Part shown: one piece after another, positions 33,025-44,436 of the stretch
Position numbering within the stretch: position 1 is the first letter of the stretch
How the letters are laid out: every line of letters starts with the position of its first letter
Assembly: GCA_965240325.2 (NCBI GenBank)
Contig: OZ251223.1
Location: 4,092,001-4,156,000, forward strand
Direction: 5' to 3'
Origin: Rebecca billardiae RCC1528
Taxonomy: Eukaryota > Protista > Haptophyta
DNA: 64,000 nt
The notes under the pieces: model-generated
What the model saw: only the letters and a program-made list of their open reading frames with translations
Database searches by the model: none
Told to the model about the DNA's origin: nothing
Translations under genes and position numbers: made by a program

Positions 33025-35358
33025 GCCGCCGCCGCCGCCCACGCCGCCACCGCCGCCCACGCCGCCTCCGCCGACGGGCGGGCCGTGCGCGTCGGCGTGC
33101 GCGGCCGCGGCCGCTTCCGCCTCGAGCGCCTCCACCGCCTCTCCGAGCGGCCAGAGCGGCGCGTCGAAGAGCTCGCGGCTGGCGACCGTGCCGACCGGCT
33201 GCTCGGCCACGAGGCCCACGCCCGCCGCGCGCTCTGCGCTGCGCAGCGCGGGCGCGCTCGAGCCACGGCGCAAGGCGAGCGACGCTCGCGAGCGAAGCGA
33301 TGCGCTGCTGCCGCCGCCGCCGCCGCCGCCGCGCGAGCCGTGCCGGCCGAGGGCGCCGGCCGAGCGCTCGCGATCACGCGCCGAGCCGGGCTTGGCGCCG
33401 GGCGGCGCGGCCGCGCGGCCCGGCGCGCTCGCGCCGCCCGCGCCCCCGCCCGCGCCGGGCGGCGTGGCGGCGTGCGCGGCCTGGTGCGCGCTGAGGTACG
33501 CACCCAGCGCGTCCTCCTCCGCGGGCGAGCGGCGCGGCAGCCGCGTGGTCGCCGCCTTGAGGTCGACGGCGAGCGCGCAGTGCCGCTCGAGCTGCTCCAC
33601 CAGCCTCACCTCGTCCAGCTGCTCGAGCACGTCGAGCGCCAGGTCGGAGCCGTCGCGCTGGCCCAGCAGGAGCTCCGAGAGGGCGGAGGCGATGGCGAGC
33701 TCGCACTGCGGCATCGCGCGGCAGCACAGCTCGCCCGCGAGCCGGCGCATCGCGTCGCCGCGGTCGGCGCCGAGCACGCGCTCTCGGAAGTGCGCCGCGC
33801 TGCCGGGCGGCGCGTCCTCGCGCGCCTCGACCAGCTCGGCGCGCTCGAGGAGGCGCGCGGTGCTGCCGAGCGGGTCGCGCGCACCCATCGTGTCGAGCTG
33901 GTCGGAGGAGAGCAGCAGCGTCGCGCCGATCAGCTCGAGCAGCGCGCCCACCGGCTCGATCACCTTGTGCCGCACGAGCGACGCCTGCGCCTGCTCGCAC
34001 GGCCCCTGGCAGAACTCGGACGCGGCGAAGAAGAACGCGGTGAGCAGGCGCAGGTCGCCGATCAGCCTCGCAAAGTAGGCGGGCGAGGCGACGCGGTGCC
34101 ACTCGACCGTGCGAGACGCGCGCACGCCGCCGCCGCCGCCGCCCGCCTCCGCGCCGTCCTCCCCGGCGAACGCGGGCATCGAGGCGTTGGAGGACGACCA
34201 CGGCACCCGCTCGAGCACCGACGCGGCCGTGCGCACAATCAGCAGCCCCACCTCGGCGATCAGGTCGACGGACTGCGAGTGGGCGCGCGCGGAGGCGGTG
34301 CCGCCCGCGTCCGCGCCGCCGATGCTGCTGCTGCCGCCGATGCCGCCGCCGATGCCGAGCGCGCCACCGCCGCCGCCGCCGCCGCCGCCGCCGTCGCCAA
34401 GCCCGCCCCCGCCGCCGCCGCCGCCGCCCGCGCCGCCGCCGCCGCCGTGCGCCTGCGCGCCGTCCCCGCCGCCGTCGCGCGCCGCGTGCCACTGCTGCCG
34501 CTGCAGGTAGCGCTGCACGGGCAGGTTGACGCCCTCGCACAGGAGCTGGAGGAAGTTGACGAGCATCGCGCAGAGCCGCACCTCGCGCGGCGCGGGGCCG
34601 CTCGCCGAGCGCGCGCCCGCGCTCGCCGCGAGCTCGGCGTACCGCCGCAGCAGCGCCTTGATCGATCGCAGCCAGTCGCGCGCGAACGTGCCCTCGCGCA
34701 CGGCGCGCCTGTGGTCGCGCACGAGGGACTCCTGCACCGCCGAGTTGCCGTCGTGCAGCAGCCGCGTGCCCAGCCGCGTGCCCTCCTCGATCAGCGAGCG
34801 CGTCGACTCGTACAGCTCGCCGAGCGCGCCCACGTGCACGCCCAGCGTCATCAGGTCGACGACGAGCCGCGAGACGCCGACCGCAGCCAAGGCCTTCTGG
34901 TAGCGGTCGAGCCACGCGATCTGGGCGGCCTTGGAGCGCGCCGCGCCGTGCGCGTCCGAGCCCTCCTCGACGGGCACCAGCGCCTGCAGCAGCTGCACCA
35001 CGCGCACGCCGAACGCCGCCTCCTCCGCGTCCGCGTGCAGCTCGGCCGCGCGAGAAGTCTGCCGCACCAGCCGCTCAAACAGCCGCGAGGCGCCGCGATA
35101 CGCCGCGCGGTCCGAGCGGTCCGCGCCCGTGGCGGGGGCGGCGGCCGTGGGGGCGGCGGCGGCGCCGAGGCCGAGGCCGGCGGCGGCGGCGGCGGGCGCG
35201 AGCGCGTCGTGCCCCGACGCGCCGGCCGAGAGCGCCAGCGGCCCGTCGGGCGCGGGCGCGACGCGCCGCGCGCCGCCGCCGCCGCCGCCGCCGGGCGCGT
35301 GCCGCGCGCACGGCGCGCACGGCACGCACAGCCAGCGCCGCGCGCACCCGCCCGCGGA

Positions 35359-35391
<33 letters not shown>

Positions 35392-37911
35392 GTCGTGCGC
35401 GCGCATCCGCCCGGGCCCCAGCCCCGCCGCGGCGTGCGCCCGCGCCTGCGACGCCCGGCGCCACTCCTGCTCCGCCCCGAACGCCACCATCCTGTCCAGC
35501 TCCCTCCGGAAGAGGCCGACCATCTCGGAGAACTCGTCGTCGTAGTCGGGCGCGGAGGAGGCGTGCGTGGGCGCGAGGAGGGAGGCGGCGGCGGCGGCGG
35601 CGTCGGGCTCGGCGGCGTCGGGCGCGGGGCCCTCCGCCCACGCGGGCGGTAGCGCCGCCCGCCCCTCCGCCGCCCCGCTCAGCGTCGCCTCCTTGGCGCT
35701 CAGCTGGTCGAGGCGGCGCGCGAACCGCGCGAGCGCAGCGCCGAGGCCGCCGCCGCCGTCCGCGTCCGCAGCCGCAGAGGTGGCGGGCGCGGACGCGCCG
35801 GGCGGCGCGGACGCGTCGTCCACGCCGTGCGCGCGCGCGCGCCGCGCCGCCCACAGCTCGTCCGCGTGCCGCGCCTCGCCCTGCACCGTGCCCAGCTCGC
35901 CGAGCGCGCGCACGGCGCCGCCGAGCGCGTCCGCGCCGCCGCCCGCGCCGCCGCCCGGCTCGGCGTGCTGCGCGTGCCTAGGCTGCGCGTGCGCGTGCGC
36001 GACACCGCGCGCGACGAGTGCGTCGAGCAGCGCGCGGCGCACGGCGGAGCCGCCGGCCCAGCGCGTGGTCGAGCCGACGGCGGCGGCGGCGAACGCGACG
36101 AGCGGGCCGTCCACCAGCGCGGCGCGCGCCCTCGCCCCCTCGCCGCCCTGCCCCGCGCGCGCGGCGCGCGTGTCGGCGTCGGCGAGCCGCGCGCCGCTTG
36201 CTAGCAGCGCCAGCATGAGAGGGGCGAGCGAGTCGGCGAGCTCGTGCGTGCGCGCTTCGAGGCGGGAGGCGAGGAGGGCGAGCGAGGCGGAGGCGTGCGC
36301 GCACAGCTCCTCGCCCTCGCCCGCCGCGCCCGCCGCCGCGCCCTCCGCGCGCGCCGCCAGCGCGCCCACCGCCTCCGCGCCCAGCCGCAGCAGCAGCGCG
36401 CTCGGCAGCAGCGCTCGCAACGGGCCGTGGATGGCTGAGCGCGCGTGCCCGAGGCCGCAGTCGGCGTAGAGCTGCAGCAGCGCGAGGTGCGCGGCGCGCT
36501 CGGCGGGCGGGGTGCGCGCGCGCACGCCCGCCCACGAGTACGGCTCCGCGCCGCCGCCGCCCTCCGTGTTGTTGTGCGCGCCGCCCAGCCCGGCGTGCGG
36601 CAGTAGCCCGCCGCGCAGCCGCGCGCGCACGCAGCGCGCGTGCGCGTCGCGCACCTCCTTGAAGACGAGGACCTGGTTGGGCGCGGCGGGGGCGCCGGCC
36701 TGCACGCACAGCGCGGAGAGGAGGCGCGCGCACGCCGCGCCGTACGCCCAGCCCGACGCGTCCGCGCCCGCGCCGCCCTCGCCCCGCGCCGCGCGGCCGC
36801 GCGCGAGCGCCGCCAGCTGCGCCACCGCCCACGGCGCCACCGAGCCCGCGTCGCGCGCGGCCGCGCTCGCGTTGTCTGCGTAGCAGCGGCCGAGGCAGCG
36901 CACGGCGGCGAGCGAGCCGAACGCGGCGGCGTGCGCGCGCATCGCGCAGTGGCGCAGCACCGCCGCCTGCGCCTCGCCGTCCCCCTCCGCCAGCTCCGCC
37001 AGGAACGCGTACACCGCCTCGACGATGGCGCCCGCCTCGGCGACGCGGGCCGCGCGCTCGCGCGACGCGGCCGCGCCGTCGGCCGCCGCCGCGCGCCCGC
37101 GGCCGCTGCGGCCGCGGCTGAGGTCGCGGCTGCGCTCGCGCGCGGCGGCGGAGCGCGCGGGCGGCTCGGCCTCTGCCTCGCCGCCGAGCGTGCCTCTCGC
37201 CTCCTCCGCCGCCTCCGGCGCGTCCTCCTCCGCCGCCGCCGCCGCGCCCGCCTCGCCGCCGCCGCCGCCGCCGTGCGCCGCGCCGCCACCGCCTGGCGCC
37301 GCCGCGTCCGCCGCCAGCCTCGCGAGCAGCTCGCCGAGCACCTGTGCGCAGCGGTAGTGCGCAAAGATGCGCCGCGCGATGCGCGCGCGCGCGGCCGAGG
37401 AGCCCGACGCGCGCGCGAGCGCCGCGCTGCACGCGTCCAGCGCGCCCAGCACGTCCGCCGCCGCCAGCGCGCTCGGGCCGCGCAGGCCCTCCAGGCCCGC
37501 GACGCGCAGCGCGCCGCGCCCGAGCTCGCGCGCGGCCGTCTCGAAGACCGTCACGTCGAGCGGGTGCGCGAGGAGGGTGACGGAGGCGGCGGCCTCGGCG
37601 AGGTAGCGCCGCGACGAGTGCAGCTCGCACAGCGTGTCCAGCGCCTCGTCCACCAGCGTCGGCGCCTCGGCGGCGATCGAGCGCAGCAGCAGCGGCCCGA
37701 GCGCGCGCCGCCACTCGGCGGCCGGGCCGAGCACTGCGCGCAGCTTGGCGCGCACGCGGCCGCACGCGTCCGCGGGCGGCGGCGGTGCGGAGGCGGGGGC
37801 GAGGCCGAGCACCGCCGCCTCCTCGAGCAGCGCGGGCTGCTCCGCGCCCACGCCGCCCGAGCCGCCCGAGCCGCTGCCGCCGCTCTGCACGCGCGCGGCC
37901 GCCGCCGCCGC

Positions 37912-37947
<36 letters not shown>

Positions 37948-40573
37948 CGAAGCCGCCGCCGCCGCCGCGGCCGCGGCGTTGTGCAGCCTGTAAAAGTAGT
38001 GCAGCAGGTCGGAGAGCTGGCGCTGGAGGCGCACGGAGCAGAACAGCTTGAGCGCGCGGATCGCCGCCGTCTGCACCTCGTCCGCCAGCCGCTCCGCCGC
38101 CGTGCGCGCAGCCAACCTGTCGTTCAGGACAGTGCTCTTGGCGTTGAGCCGCGAGGGCACGTGCGTGCGGTCGAGCGGCACGCTGAGGCGGCGGAGGAGC
38201 GCGGTGAGCCGCTGCTGCACGAGCTCCTCCGACGCGGCCGAGTCGAAGAAGCCGACGGAGGCGAGCGAGCGCGCGAGCTGCACCGTCGCCAGGGCATACC
38301 CGAGCGCGCCCTCGCGCGCGCGCGCAGAGCGCGGCGCGCGCGCGCCCGCGCGGCCCGCGCCGCCGCGCCGCGCGCGCGCGCCGCCGGGCGAGGGCGGCAC
38401 CGCCGCCTTTGCGCCGCCGCCGCCGAGCCGGAGGCCGCCGGCGAGCGCGCCGGCGACGGCCTCGGCGACGCTCGACGCGTCGGTCGCGAGCGCGCCCAGC
38501 CCCGTCTCGGCGCGCGCGAGCGGCCGCGCGCCCGCGGCCGAGCGCCGGTCGGCGCGGCCGCCGCCGCCGCCGTCGGCGAGCGCGCGCGCCGCGCCCGCGC
38601 CGCCGGCGTCGGCGGCGTCGGCGGCCGCCGCGGCGCGCGCGTCGTCGAGCGCGCTCGCGAGCCACGCCATCACGCGCTGCTGCTGCGCCGCGAGGTCCGC
38701 GCCGCCCGCGCCGCACCCGTCGCCGAACGGCCGCCACGCGCGCGCCTCCGGCGGCTCCGAAGCGCCGCCCTCGCCCTCCCACCGCCGCGTGAGCGTGACG
38801 AGGGCGTCCGCGTTGCGCGCGGCGGCCGCGTGCGCGTGCACGTCGGCGCCGACGGCGTAGCACGCGCCCAGCAGGCGCACGTACGCGGCGAGCACGTCCG
38901 CGGGCACGCCGTCGGCGCGGCCGCCGTCGTCGGCGCGCCCGCCCCCTCCCTCCGCCTCCGAACCGTGGCCGTCCGCGCCGCCGCCCTCCGCCGCCTCCAG
39001 CACGCCGAGGATGTGCTCGATCGACGCGTGCGCGCGCACCAAGCGCAGCCCGGCCTCGTTGCCGCCCGCGCACGCGCGCGCCAGCAGGTTGAGCGACTCG
39101 AGGTGGAAGCCGCACGCGTCGTACAGCGCGAGGGTGCCGGCGGGCGGCGCGTGCGCGAGCACGGCGCGCGCGCGCGCGGCGTAGAGCGATCGCACAGAGA
39201 GCCACGTGCCGCCGTCCGCGCCGCCGCCGCCGGCGTCGTCGCCGCCGCCGCCGCCGCCGTCCGCGCGCGCGCCGAGCAGCTCGGCCGCGGCGCGCGCCGC
39301 CGCCGCTGGCACGCAGATCTGAGGCTCGCCCTCCGAGCCGCCGCCCGCCGCCTCGGCGCGCTGCGGCGCGCAGCGCAGCGGCAGCAGCGTGCGCCGCCGC
39401 GCGAGCGACGCCGCCACCCACGCCTGGATGGACGGCACGGGCTGCTCGAAGCACACGCAGATCGAGGTGAGGAAGGAGAGGTGCCGCGCGGAGAGGAGCG
39501 GCCTCGCGGGGCGCACGATCGCGTCGATCACCGAGCGGTCGAGCCTCGTCGTGAGGAAGGCGTTGTCATCAAACAGCGCTGAGAGCACCGCCTCCGAGCC
39601 CCAGTTGAGCCCGAGCATCGAGATCAGCGTCTCGATCAGCTCGTCGAAGTGGCCGTCGCCGTCGCGGTCGCGCGGCAGCGTGCTCTGCGCCGCGCGCAGG
39701 AAGTAGCGCTGGTTGCAGTCGTGCTTCTCGAAGATCGCCGCCAGCAGCTCGAACGCGCCGCAGCCGAGCGCGGCGCCGGCATCGTACGCGGCTTGGTGCG
39801 GGTGGCGCGCGGCGCCGCGCGCGGAGGGCGCGGCGGAGGGCGCGGCGGCCGCGCGGTCCGGCGCGCGAGCACGCGCATCCGCACCCGCGCCGCCGTCGCC
39901 GCCCGCGCCCCCTCCGTCCCCATCCGCCGCGTGCCCCTGCCCCTGCCCCCGCGGCTGCCCCTCCCCCGCGCCGGCCAGCCCGTCGTCCTCCTCCGTGCGC
40001 AGCCGCTCGCGCAGCAGCTGCCCGCTGTCAGGCCGCCAGCGCTGCTCGGGCGGGAGCGCGCTCTGCAGGTCGCGGAAGGCGGTGTGGATGAGGAGCCACA
40101 GCACGTCGATCAGGTGCGCGTCCCGGCACGCCGACTGCCGCGCGTGCACCGCGGGCGGCAGACTGCCCGGCGAGGCCGAGCCTGCGGCTGGGTGCGCGCC
40201 CGCCGCCGAGCCGGCCGCGCCGCCTCCGCCGCCGCCGCCGCCGCCGCCGCCGCCGACGTTGACAAAGTCTCGGAGCGCCTCGAGCGCGAGGAGCGCGCGC
40301 GAGAGCTCGGGCCCCTCGAGCCTCGCGCCCCTCGCCGCGCCCTCCACGCTCAGCGCGCCCGCGCCCAGCGCCCCTCCGAGCAGCGCCTCCAGCTCGGAGC
40401 GCAGGTCGAGCACGCGCAGCAGCGCGGCGCCCGCGCCCGCCGCCGCAGGCACGAGCTCGAACGCGTCCTGGTCGCGCCGGCGGGGCGCGGCGCGGAGGGC
40501 GTGTAGGGTGCCCGAGCTGCGCGCGCCCGCCGACGCCGCGATCGGGGCCTCGCCGAGGCCGCCCGCCTCCGCC

Positions 40574-40612
<39 letters not shown>

Positions 40613-40613
40613 T

Positions 40614-40644
<31 letters not shown>

Positions 40645-42081
40645 GGCGCGCGACGCGTCGACCGACTCGGCCGGCGGGTGGGGCAGCGGCAGGTGCACGA
40701 GCGGCGGGGCGTGGAGCGCGGCGTGCACACCCTCGCCCACCGCCGCCGCCGCCGCCGCCACGTGCAGCCAGCGCCCGCCCGACGCGGAGCAGAGCGCGGC
40801 GCACGCGCCGCCCGCCACCTGCTCGCGCTCGCTCGCCGCGGTCGGCGCCAACACGAGAAGGGTGCCCGACGCGTCGGCGAGCTCCGAGCCGGCGGGGGCG
40901 AAGAGCTCGTCGAGCGAGGGCCGCGCCAGCCCGACCGGTGCGTCGCCCCCCGAGCCGGCCCCCGCCGCGCCGCGCGCGCCCAGCCGCAGGTACTGCCCGG
41001 TGAGCACGGAGCGAAGCCGCACGCGCGAGCTACCCCAGCACACGGCGCCGCCGAGCGCGGGCGTGTGCTGCTCGAGCTGGTACAGCGCCTTCCACGCCTG
41101 CTTGCGCTTGCGCGGCTTGGCGGTGGTGCGCACCGAGACGCTCTGCGCCGCGCCGACGCCGACGCCCTCGCGCGCCGCGCCCGCGCCCTCGCCCTCGCCC
41201 TCGCCCTCGCGCCGCCGCGCCGCGCCCGCAGCCGGGTTGGCCGCGCGCAGCAGCGCCGTGTTCGGCTGCACGTCCACGCGGACGTAGCCCTGCTCCTGCC
41301 GGTGGTAGAGGAGGACCACGTCGCCCGCGTGCACGTGCCCGGGCTCGGGCCGCGCCGCGTACAGCTCGAGCCGCAGCCCGCTGCTGCGGAACGAGAGCGT
41401 GAGCTCGCGCGCGTCGCGAGCGTCGCGCGACTCGGCCGAGGACGCATGCGGCGCGCCGTCCGCCGCGCCCGCGCCGGCGGGCACGTGGAGGAACTGGTGC
41501 GACTGCACGTTGCCCAGCACCACGCCGTCGCCCACGTACACGTGCTCCCCCTCCGAGCGCACGCGGAACTGCGGGCTCAGCCGGAACAGCAGGTGCGAGC
41601 CGAGCTCGCGCATGTTGCCCGCCGCGAGCGTCGCCGCGGTCGTGCCGTACTCGCGCGAGCGCGCGCCGAGGTGGCCGACCGCGGAGACGAACATGCCGGT
41701 GGAGACGGAGCGGAGGCTCACCGTCGCGCCGTATGTGATGTGCTCGCCCGCCGAGACCGCCGGGCAGATCACCTGGAAGCAGCACCGCTGGTGGAACGAG
41801 CCGACGCGCGAGAGCGCCGCCTGCGCGCGCGTGAGCACGCCCAGCGTGAGCTCGTCCGCGGGCTCGCCGAAGCTGCGGATGCCGACGTAGCACGGCTCGC
41901 TCGGCTGCGCATCGCCGCCCTCCGACGCCACGGACAGCGTCACAATGTCGCCCGAGCGCAGCTGCAGCCGGCCGGCGTCGCTGCGGAACGGCGACGAGCC
42001 GAGCGCGCCGCTGCGCGCGCGCTCGAGCGGTGGCGGCGAGGGCATGGCCGGGCCCGAGTCGCCCGGTGACGGGGGCATCAT
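31264..42081 (-). CDS. IP3-receptor/ryanodine-receptor-like Ca2+-release channel (about 3600 aa, apparently intronless)
   Basis: N-terminal beta-trefoil/MIR motifs (CCFQV..ITYG..SLRSVSTGMF; FRLSPQFRVRSEGEHVYVGD..L; VRLRSVLTGQYL). RIH-associated FLQLLCEG..Q.YL and SEFCQGPC. SIEIVRD..MVHFP, six TM helices, GIIIDSFSELR, CFICGL..HVEGEHNMWAY. Confidence 0.9.
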
Positions 42082-42262
42082 GGTGGCCCGTGCGCCGGGC
42101 TGTCCCAACGGCACGGCAGCTCCGGCCGATGAGGTCCGTGCGCCCGCCCTTGCAACCGACAGGCGCGAGCAGGAGTGCCGGCTGAAGAGTGAAGACTGCT
42201 AGCTGCCCCTTAGTCTGTGATCTGTCTGAGCCGCCAAGCTGCGGCACCCGGGCGCATGCAAG

Positions 42263-42967
42263 ATGGCGGCCGGAGCTACGCGCGTCGACAGGTGGCTCCT
42301 GCTTCTCCTCTGTGGCGCACCCCTGGCGGTGAGTGGCGGCGGGAAGGGAGCGCAGCACAGCTCCCATGCCACGCCCGTATGGTCGCCCACCGACCCGCGC
42401 GCAGAGACGGACGAGTGGGGTCGCGCCATGCTGTGCTGGCTCGAGCGGTGCGTGGTGGGCCTGCAGCTGTGCCCGTGGGCAAACGAGCCGCTCACAGGAG
42501 GCGGATTGCGAGTGGTCGTCGCTCGTGGTGGTGCAGACGAAGTGCTCTACGTGCTCGTAGACGAGATGCTCGCCCTCGCCGAGACCTCGGCGCTGAACGA
42601 CGCCAGCGCGACCACGCTCGTCGGCGCCCCGAACGCATTTGTCGGATTTGACGAGTACCTTGAGGCGAGCGCGCGCGTCGAGGAGCTGATCGAGCGCGCG
42701 GGGCTGAGTGGGGTGATCCAGCTGGCCACGTTCCACCCCGAATACTGCTTCGAGGGGAGCGAGCCTGACGACGCGTCCAACTGGACAAATCGCGCGCCTC
42801 TGCCCGTCTTCCACCTGCTGCGCGAGCGCGACGTCTCTCGCGCTCTGCGCGGCAGCCACGCCACGAGGGACGACGTGTGGCAGCGCAACGTCGAGCACGT
42901 CGGGGCGATCGGCAATCGCGCCATGAGCCGCCTGGTGCGCAGCTGCAAGCCGCGCAGGTGCGGCTGA
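42263..42967 (+). CDS. DUF1415-family protein with signal peptide
   Basis: WLERCVVGLQLCPWA and QLATFHPEYCFEG..DDASNWTNRAPLPVFHLLRE, typical of DUF1415; hydrophobic N-terminus WLLLLLCGAPLA. Confidence 0.85.
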   Translation: MAAGATRVDRWLLLLLCGAPLAVSGGGKGAQHSSHATPVWSPTDPRAETDEWGRAMLCWLERCVVGLQLCPWANEPLTGGGLRVVVARGGADEVLYVLVDEMLALAETSALNDASATTLVGAPNAFVGFDEYLEASARVEELIERAGLSGVIQLATFHPEYCFEGSEPDDASNWTNRAPLPVFHLLRERDVSRALRGSHATRDDVWQRNVEHVGAIGNRAMSRLVRSCKPRRCG

Positions 42968-43679
42968 GACTACTTGCAGCAAAGTAATCGCTCACATCGT
43001 GATCAGCCCCGCATGTTGATGTGAACTGCAGTGAACTCAAGTGACGACGAGTCTTATGGTTGTATAACCGCTCGGTTATGCGGGTATAACACACCGTTAG
43101 CCCTCATGAGGGCGGGCTGGCAGCCAGGGTCCGGCTGCCTGAAGGTTTTCCGGTCGTCAAGCTGAGCCAGGCCCGGACTGGGCCGTGGGCGCGGATCCGC
43201 GCCGCAGCATGAGGGCTGCAGCATGAGCTAGTTGAGGCTGAGCTTGGCGGGCAAGCGATGCGCGTAGCCTCAAGCCTCTGCGCGCGCTCGCTGGCTGCAC
43301 CCGCGGCTCATCGGCGGCCGGCGTGGCTGCTGGGTCACCGCGCGGCGCTGGTGGCTGCCCCTCCTCTGGGAGTTGTTTCTCCCTGCCCCGCCCCACCCTG
43401 CTGGTTGCTGGGTGGGCAAGTGGCCTTCGCCTTGGGCTTGGGAGTGCGCGCGGTGTCGGCCCCGTGGCCCGCGTCGGGGGGGCCGGAGGCCCTCGAGGCC
43501 TTAAGCTGCCTCCTGTTGCTCGAATGCATCGGCGAGTCCTCAGCCCGCTCCTTCCCGGTCGGCGTCGCCATCCTGGACGGCTTCGGGGGTGTGTCCTAGT
43601 CACCTCACGCGTTTATCAACGCGGCCCCCACCTACCTCAATCTACTCTCAAGTCTCATGTGGGTCTACCGAGTGAGTTA

Positions 43680-44400
43680 TATTGGGTAAACGCGAGCTCC
43701 GAGCGTCTCGAGCCCTGCTAAAAGCTCACCGGCACGTCCTCGGGCGCGTCGTCGGTGACGCCCACGAAGGCAATCTCGACCCTCGCTCCTCTGACGAGCG
43801 AAGCTAATCCTCCTGCCGCAACCAACTTTCGGTTGCGCAGGGTGACACGGCGTTTTGCGGCCCGGCTCGGGAATCTTGTAACCTTCCTGAGCCCCGCTTC
43901 CGTGCGTCCGCCAATCGCAGGCGTTACCGACGCACCGCCGTAAGCTCATCTTTCCCCCAGGTACTCGGTAATGTCATCGGACCTGGGTAAGCTGCGCACG
44001 GACCCATGATCCCGGATTCTCGATTCTCAAAACTGAGAATCCGGGCGTCCATGAATGAAGTGATCGAGTCCGTTGTTCCTTGGACTCTTCCACGATGGCG
44101 CCCGCCTGTGCCGCCGGCGTGCCATCCGTGCCGCGTGCGCCGGGCCGTACCGCCCGCGCACGCGCCGCGTCCGTGTCGCTCCGCGTCCGCGCTGCCGCGT
44201 CCGCGCTCCGCGTCCACGTCGCTCCGCGCCAGCGCTGCTGCGCTCGCGCTCCTGCCGCCGCGCGCGCCGCGCGCGCGCGCCGCCAGAGCCAGCCACTGCG
44301 TAGCTGATGCCGCCGGCCCGCCTGGTGCGGCGCCGGCCCTGACGCCCCAGCGGCGACGCCATCTGCTGAGATGCGCGCCCCAGGCTGCGTCAGCTCAACA
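43680..44400 (-). repeat. 3' LTR (TGTTG...CAATA on minus strand)
   Basis: Direct repeat of 50333-51053 at offset 6653; the same small ORFs appear in both copies in the ORF track. Confidence 0.96.
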
Positions 44401-44410
44401 CCCCCCCTCG
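44401..44410 (-). other. Polypurine tract (PPT)
   Basis: Minus-strand CGAGGGGGGG immediately precedes the TGTTG of the 3' LTR. Confidence 0.9.
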
Positions 44411-44436
44411 ACAGCCATAGCCGCGAGCTGCGCCGC

